Below are positions 21,425 through 27,831 of a stretch of 27,831 bases of DNA, piece by piece. This DNA comes from Neocallimastix sp. 'constans' (Eukaryota), in assembly GCA_050613775.1 (NCBI GenBank), contig JBODTK010000138.1, positions 434,001 through 461,831 on the forward strand. Reading direction: 5' to 3'. The notes under the pieces were generated by a model, which worked only from the letters and a program-made list of their open reading frames with translations, had not been told where the DNA came from and ran no database searches. Within the stretch, counting starts at the first letter, position 1, and each line of letters starts with the position of its first letter. A program made the translations under genes and the position numbers.

Positions 21425-24400
21425 ATGAAAAGTGTAACAAAAAGGCAAACGAAATCAAAACAATCAAAAAATCAAAATGAAAATTTAAAAGTCAAAGATG
21501 ATAATAAACCACACAAATCTAGTCCAATCGCTAAGGATGTTGAATCCGAACCAACAGAAAACACTCCTTTAATCGAAGATGAAATAAAAATTCATAAGTC
21601 AACATTTAATTTTGAAATTTTTGTAAATATATATATATACGTATTTTTTTTTTTTTTTTTATAATGACTAATAGATAAAAAAAGAATTAAACTCCGAATA
21701 AAATAAAAAAAAATAAAAAAAAGAAAAAAAAAAAATTAGAAATAAAGAATTTTATTAAAATATAATATTTAATTATTAACAGAACCTTTTTTTTTTCATT
21801 TTATTGGAATTATAAATATATTATTAAAATAAAGAAAAGAAATTTAATTACTGGAGAATATGATAATAAATTGGTTATAGTATTAACAATTTTTGCATTA
21901 TTGATTAGACTTCCATATATTCATAATCCAAAACAAGTTGTATTTGATGAAGTTCACTTTGGAGGTTTTGCTAACAAATATATTTCCAGAAAATTCTTTA
22001 TGGGTAAATTTAAATTTAAATTAAAATATAAATTAATATTCTTTTTTAACGATTTTGTTCATATTTTAATAAATGAATATTATTTAAAAAAACAAAAAAA
22101 TGATGTTTGCAAATAAAAACATTAAAAAAAAAATATTTGTTAATAAAAAATATTAATAAATATAAATATTAATAGATGTACATCCACCATTAGCGAAATT
22201 GTTAATTACCTTCGTCAGGTAATATAATATTAATCATATATATATTATTATTATTATTATTATATTATTATTATTATTATTATTATTTGTAATTTATTTC
22301 GTTACTTTTAAATAAATTAATTTTTTATATAATTACTAAATTATACTTATTATAAATATATATATTTAATTTATTATAAAAAAAATACTAGTTTAATATT
22401 TAACTATGATGGATCATTCCCATTCAAGAGCATTGGTGATGATATTCCAAATAATGTTCCATATATTCAAATGAGATTACTTAATGCCTTATTAGGTATT
22501 GGTCTTGTTCCAGTATGTATCTGATAATTTTAAAGGAAATAAAAATTTGAAAAAAAAATTTTTTTTTTTCTTTTTGAATAAATATTAAGGATTTTATTTT
22601 ATACTTTCTTTTAAATCATCTGTAGATTTCATTCTATACAATTAAAGCTTTAGGTTTTTCAAGTATTACTGCTTTCGTTACTGGTATTTTAGTAACTTGT
22701 GGTAAGATTAAAATTATTTAATTTTAAATTTTAAAATTTAATTATTTTAATGTTAATGATTTATTTATAATTTTATAATAAATAAAAAAAATTTTTTTTT
22801 TATTAAACAGAAAATTCCATAGCTACTCAATCAAGGTAAAAAAAAAAAAAATATATATATATATAGTATATAATAAACTAACATCTGTTATTGATATAAA
22901 ATTATAAATTTTATATATTAATAATTATTATATTAATAATTTGATAATATATAATTTATAGACTTATTTTATTAGATTCACCATTACTCTTTTTCACTGG
23001 TTTCACTCTTTTATCTTGGGCAAAATTCCAACAATATCAAAAACGGTAAATTTCGTAACATTTATAATAATTATTTTTATATAATTGTTTATAAAATTTA
23101 AATTCATATAGTTAATTTTATTTATTTAATCATAATTCCAATAAATAGTCCATTTACTAGTCAATGGTGGAAATGGCTTGCTTTTACTGGTATTGGGTAA
23201 ATTTATAAAATTCTTAAAAAAAATAAAAAAAAAATAATATATTATACCAAATGAATATTAAAGATTAATTTTTATTATATATATATGTATACATTTTCTA
23301 TATATCTATAAATGTTATTTTATTTGTATTTTAATTATATATAGTTTAGGTCTTGTTAGTAGGTAAGTAATTAAATATTATTAAATTTTTTTTTAAATAC
23401 TTTCTATATATATATATATAGAAAGTATTTAAAAAAAATTATATATTAAGTAATATATTTAATTCTATTACTTACTTAATAATAATTTATATATATATAT
23501 ATAATGTATTTTTTAATTTTATTATTTTAGTGTTAAATGGGTTGGTGAGTAGATTTATAATAATTACTCTAAAATTATTAAATAATATTTTCAATAGAAA
23601 ATGATATTAATATATTTTATTATTTTTATTTTTACCATTTTGATTAGGTTTATTCAGTGTTGCTACCATTGGTCTTTGTACTCTTAATAATCTTTGGAAT
23701 ATTTTAGGAGATTTACATAATACAATGGTAAATATTATTTAGATATTATTATTATAATTATTTATTAAATTTATTTATTATATTTTTCTTCTATATTAAT
23801 GATTTTTTTTCTTTTGTCAATTTATGTAATTTTGTTAATTTATATATCTATATTCTATGTTGTAAATAGAAAAACTTTATTAAACATTTCATGGCTAGAG
23901 CTTTATGTTTAATTGTTATTCCTATTTCAATTTATATGTTCTTCTTCTATGTTCACTTCAAAGTGTTAAATCAAACTGGTTCAGGAGCTTCATTCATGTC
24001 ACCAGAATTCGAAACTACTTTTGACAATTTCACTATTCCAGCAGCTCAATTACAAGTTGGTTATGGTTCTGAAATTACTATTAGACATGTTAATAGTAAT
24101 GGTGGTTTCCTTCACTCACATAATTCTAATTATAAAACTGGTTCTAAGCAACAACAAATTACTTGTTATTCTCACAGAGATTCTAATAATGTTTGGATTG
24201 TTGAAAAAGTCGGTAATGAAACTCTTAAAAATTTTGAACCATTAAAGAGTGGAGATACTATTCGTTTAATGCATAAAAGTACTAAGAGACGTCTTCATTC
24301 TCATGACAATGAAAAATTTAAGTAGGTTTAAATATATATATATATAAAATATTTATATATTTATATATAAAATATAATTAGTGTAATAATTGTATTGAAA

Positions 24401-26191
24401 GATAGAATATAATTTTAAGAAATTTAGAATATTTTTTTAATGTTTAAGTATATATATAAAATATAAATATGACATATTTAAAGTTAATATATTTATATGA
24501 CATATTTAAAATTGAGATATATATATTTAAATATAATAGAACAATTTTATAAATATAAATATATTTTAACTCATTTATTATTAACAATTTATAAATAGAC
24601 CACCAGTTTCTCAACAAGATTTTCAATATGAAGCTACGGGTTATGGTAATCCAGGTATTGTTGATTCTAACGATCATTGGAAAATCGAAGTTATTGGTGC
24701 TAAGGATGGTGATCCAGTTGAAGCAATTCATTCAAAATTCCGTTTAGTTCATGTTAATAACAAATGTTCCTTATTCAGTCATTCAGTTAAACTTCCAGAA
24801 TGGGGTTTCTCACAGCAAGAAGTTACTTGTGGTAAGGGTGCTTTAAAAAAGAATACTGTATGGTTTATCGAAAGTAACAAGAATAAATTATGTATGTATT
24901 ATTCAATTATTCTATTCATTGTATTTAAATATATGATTTTTTTTTTAAAAAATTTTAATATATATATATTTTAAATTATTAATACATATACATATTTATT
25001 TATTTATTTATCTATATATATAAACTTTTACTATTATTACTATTATACAATTATTATTATATATTATATATTATTAATATTATCTTCAAATGTGATATAT
25101 CTATTTTTTTTTTTTTTTTTTATTTTTATTTTTTATTTTTTTTATTTTTATTATTTTTTTTTTTTTTTAATAATTTAATGATTTAATAAATTTCAGTGGG
25201 ACCAGGTGCTAAAAAAATTAGTTACGAGAAACCAGGTTTCTTTAAAAAGTTTGTAGAATTAAATATTGTTATGTGGAATGTTAATAAGGGTTTGACTAGT
25301 AGTCATCCATATGAAAGTCATCCATCCTCATGGCTTGGCTTAAGAAGAGGTATTAGTTTCTGGACTGGTAAGAAAGAATATGTTGGTAGAATTTATTTAA
25401 TTGGTAATCCAGTTTCTTGGTATTTAGGTTCTGTTTCTGTTTTATTCTATATTTGTTTCTTTGCTCTTTCTCATTTCATTGAGCAAATTCATCGTAAAAG
25501 CAAGATTTTCAGTAAATAAATCCAATTTTCATTTTAATTTTATTTTAATTTTATTTTAATTTTTTTTTTTTTTTTTTTTTTTTTTCATTTTTTTAAAGCT
25601 TTTAATAATTTTTAATATATATTATATTTGCTATTAAAAATAATTGAATGGAATTAAAAACTTATACAAAAAAATTTTTTTTTTAAATTTAATTAAATTT
25701 TATATTTATACCTATATTTATATTATGTATTATTATTATTATTATTATTTTATATGAATATATTTATATTTTATGCTAATTTTTTTTTTTTTATTATATT
25801 TTTAATAATATTAGATATAAATTCTCTTTATTATTGTAAGGGTGGTTTCTTATTCACCGCCTATTTCTGGCATTATTTCCCATTCTTTATTATGGGTAGA
25901 CAACTTTTTATTCACCATTATTTACCTTGTGTTTATATTACTATTTTATTTGGTATGATATCTATTGAAACTGTTACAAAACAAATCAAATTAGTTAGAT
26001 GGTTGGTTCCAGCTGCACTTACGGTTGCTTCATTTATTTCATTTATTTTATATTCACCATTAACTTATGGTACTTTCATGACGACTAAGCATTGTAAAAT
26101 GTTAAAATTACGTAGCACTTGGGATTGGGATTGTGAATACTATGATAAAAATGCGGCTAAGTTAACCTCAACTTCAAATAAAATAAAATAA
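21425..26191 (+). CDS. PMT1: Dolichyl-phosphate-mannose:protein O-mannosyltransferase (GT39), PMT1 subfamily, ~770 aa, 15 exons
   Basis: Manually spliced with GT-AG introns and consistent phases: 21425-21622, 21835-22003, 22176-22218, 22392-22512, 22626-22701, 22811-22835, 22962-23045, 23149-23196, 23345-23362, 23531-23544, 23648-23727, 23870-24321, 24599-24891, 25197-25511, 25815-26191 (2313 nt). Motifs VVFDEVHFGGFANKYI..FFMDVHPPLAKL (PMT1-type), TQSRLILLD, SVKWVGLF, MIR domains (FLHSH, RLHSH, KLPEWGFSQQEV), HPYESHPSSW and GRQLFIHHYLP. The exon 1/2 and 14/15 junctions are least certain. Confidence 0.93.
23387..23438. repeat. Perfect 52-bp palindrome centred on (TA)8 in PMT intron 9
   Basis: ttttttttaaatactttc-(ta)8-gaaagtatttaaaaaaaa. 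Confidence 0.93.
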
Positions 26192-26278
26192 AAATTAAAT
26201 TAAATTAAATTAAAAAATAAAGTTAAATTAGAAAAGTTTAGATAAATTAAATAAATAAATAAACCAAAAAATAAATAA

Positions 26279-26315
<37 letters not shown>

Positions 26316-26341
26316 TAAATAATATTTTATCTTGAATACTT

Positions 26342-26381
<40 letters not shown>

Positions 26382-26604
26382 AAATATATTATCATAAAAT
26401 AATTTTTTTATTTAAATAGAAATAGAATTGAATTTATATCCATATCCATAATTAAGAAAAAAGATAAAAAAAAAAAAAGGCAAAATAAAAATATATATAT
26501 ATATATAACTACATATATAAAAATTATTATGAATTAATGAATTAATAAATATTTGCATATAAATATCTATAATTATATATAAATATCTATAAATATAATT
26601 ATAA

Positions 26605-26635
<31 letters not shown>

Positions 26636-26676
26636 ATTTTTTGTCTTTTATTTTTATTTTTTGTCTTTTATTTTTA

Positions 26677-26680
<4 letters not shown>

Positions 26681-26745
<65 letters not shown>
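26681..26745 (+). repeat. (TTA)n microsatellite preceded by a short tandem duplication
   Basis: Direct reading; ttgtctttttatttttatttt x2 at ~26641-26680. Confidence 0.9.
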
Positions 26746-26746
<1 letters not shown>

Positions 26747-26749
26747 ATT

Positions 26750-27049
26750 TTATATTTTTGATTTCTTATAAATAAATCTATTCCTCTTCTATTGAAGAAA
26801 TATGTTTTAAAATTTCCTTTATTCTTAGTCTTGTTTTATATTATGCTCCTCTCTATAGTTCAAATTAAATCTTAGGTTAATCTCTATGATATTTACTTGT
26901 GAATTGAGAATACCTCCCTCTTTCAACTATCTGTGTTCTATATCTCAATTACGCTGCTTTACTTTAGAAAAAATGGAAAAACTCATTATGTATTAATATT
27001 CCTACTATGAGTCACATTACTCATGGAACTAAAGAATCAAGGACTTTGG

Positions 27050-27085
<36 letters not shown>

Positions 27086-27099
27086 AAGTGAAATAAAAA

Positions 27100-27150
<51 letters not shown>

Positions 27151-27604
27151 GGAAAGAGATGTCTTCAAAACCTTAAAAAGCAATTATTTAGAAGGAGAAT
27201 AATTTTGGATTTATTTCAGAAATCAAAAGACTTTAACATTTCAATATTCTAAGAATCAATTAAGATTCTTTTATTGGATTTCTCGAATTAGGTGTGGTTT
27301 TTAAATTTGATATTTAAAGTATTTCCATTAAAAGAAATAAAAAATTAGTCTCAGAAGATTGCCCTAAATGTTGCCCATGTGGTGTTGTGGTGTTAGTGTA
27401 CCTAGTTTTTTTTTTTTTTTTTTTTTTTTCTCACTGAATCTTTTACCTTTAATAGAATTGGAAAAAATTACAGAAATAAATCTCTACCTTTTCTCTAGAT
27501 GATCTCTTTTTTGAAGTTTGCAATGATAATTGAACAAAAAAATTCTTGAATGTTTCTTTAGATTCAGAAAAGGATTATGATAATAATATTTATTATTTTA
27601 TATG

Positions 27605-27643
<39 letters not shown>

Positions 27644-27831
27644 AATGATTAGGAAGAAAAAACAATTCATTGATAATATTTTTTTTAAACAAAAGTTCAA
27701 CTTCGTCCGATTATTCCGTATTTTGTGGGGATTGAGGAGTCTCTAACAAATGTAATACCATTAGATTTGTCGATCTTTTAGATTGATGATGAAATGGTAT
27801 TCCGTTGAATCTATTGAATCTACCGTTGCTA
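26750..27831 (-). mobile_element. Possible highly decayed coding/retroelement remnant (tentatively a non-LTR APE-type endonuclease)
   Basis: More complex and GC-richer than flanking intergenic DNA, with no intact ORF and broken by long homopolymers. Minus-strand fragments YTNTTTPHGQHLGQSSETNFLF / FNGNTLNIKFKNHT*FEKSNKRILID loosely recall the N-x-NG..L...N...T...S-x-ID order of LINE endonucleases. Confidence 0.25.

Noticed and set aside
21425..26191. Separate small ORFs (79, 81, 144, 74, 95, 107 and 145 aa) as independent genes or a fragmented pseudogene
   Set aside because: Five are exons of one PMT gene that splices in frame via canonical GT-AG introns; the 74-aa and 95-aa ORFs are off-frame or antisense shadows.
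26281..26377. Poly(A) followed by poly(T) after the PMT stop as a terminator hairpin or retrocopy tail
   Set aside because: Long A and T runs occur throughout the window, and the gene has introns, so it is not a retrocopy.
1..27831. tRNA, rRNA or intact transposase/RT genes
   Set aside because: No cloverleaf-like, rRNA-like or intact mobile-element coding sequence was recognised by eye.

Overview
Extremely AT-rich, intron-containing eukaryotic DNA. The composition, GT-AG introns and gene content suggest an anaerobic gut fungus (Neocallimastigomycota); this is an inference. The first ~15.7 kb is an amplified array of four near-identical two-exon genes for a secreted, probably GPI-anchored CE4 chitin/polysaccharide deacetylase (344 aa each), arranged + - + - as nested inverted repeats. 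The copies show mosaic SNP sharing consistent with gene conversion, and the spacers hold at least five decayed exon-1 relics and copy-number-variable minisatellites. Next come an unannotated, decayed multi-CBM18 (hevein-like chitin-binding) pseudogene flanked by two 30-bp-stem hairpins, an intronless RimI-like GNAT acetyltransferase, and a 15-exon PMT1-subfamily protein O-mannosyltransferase (~770 aa) with 14-25 nt micro-exons. The window ends in a degenerate region that may derive from a retroelement.
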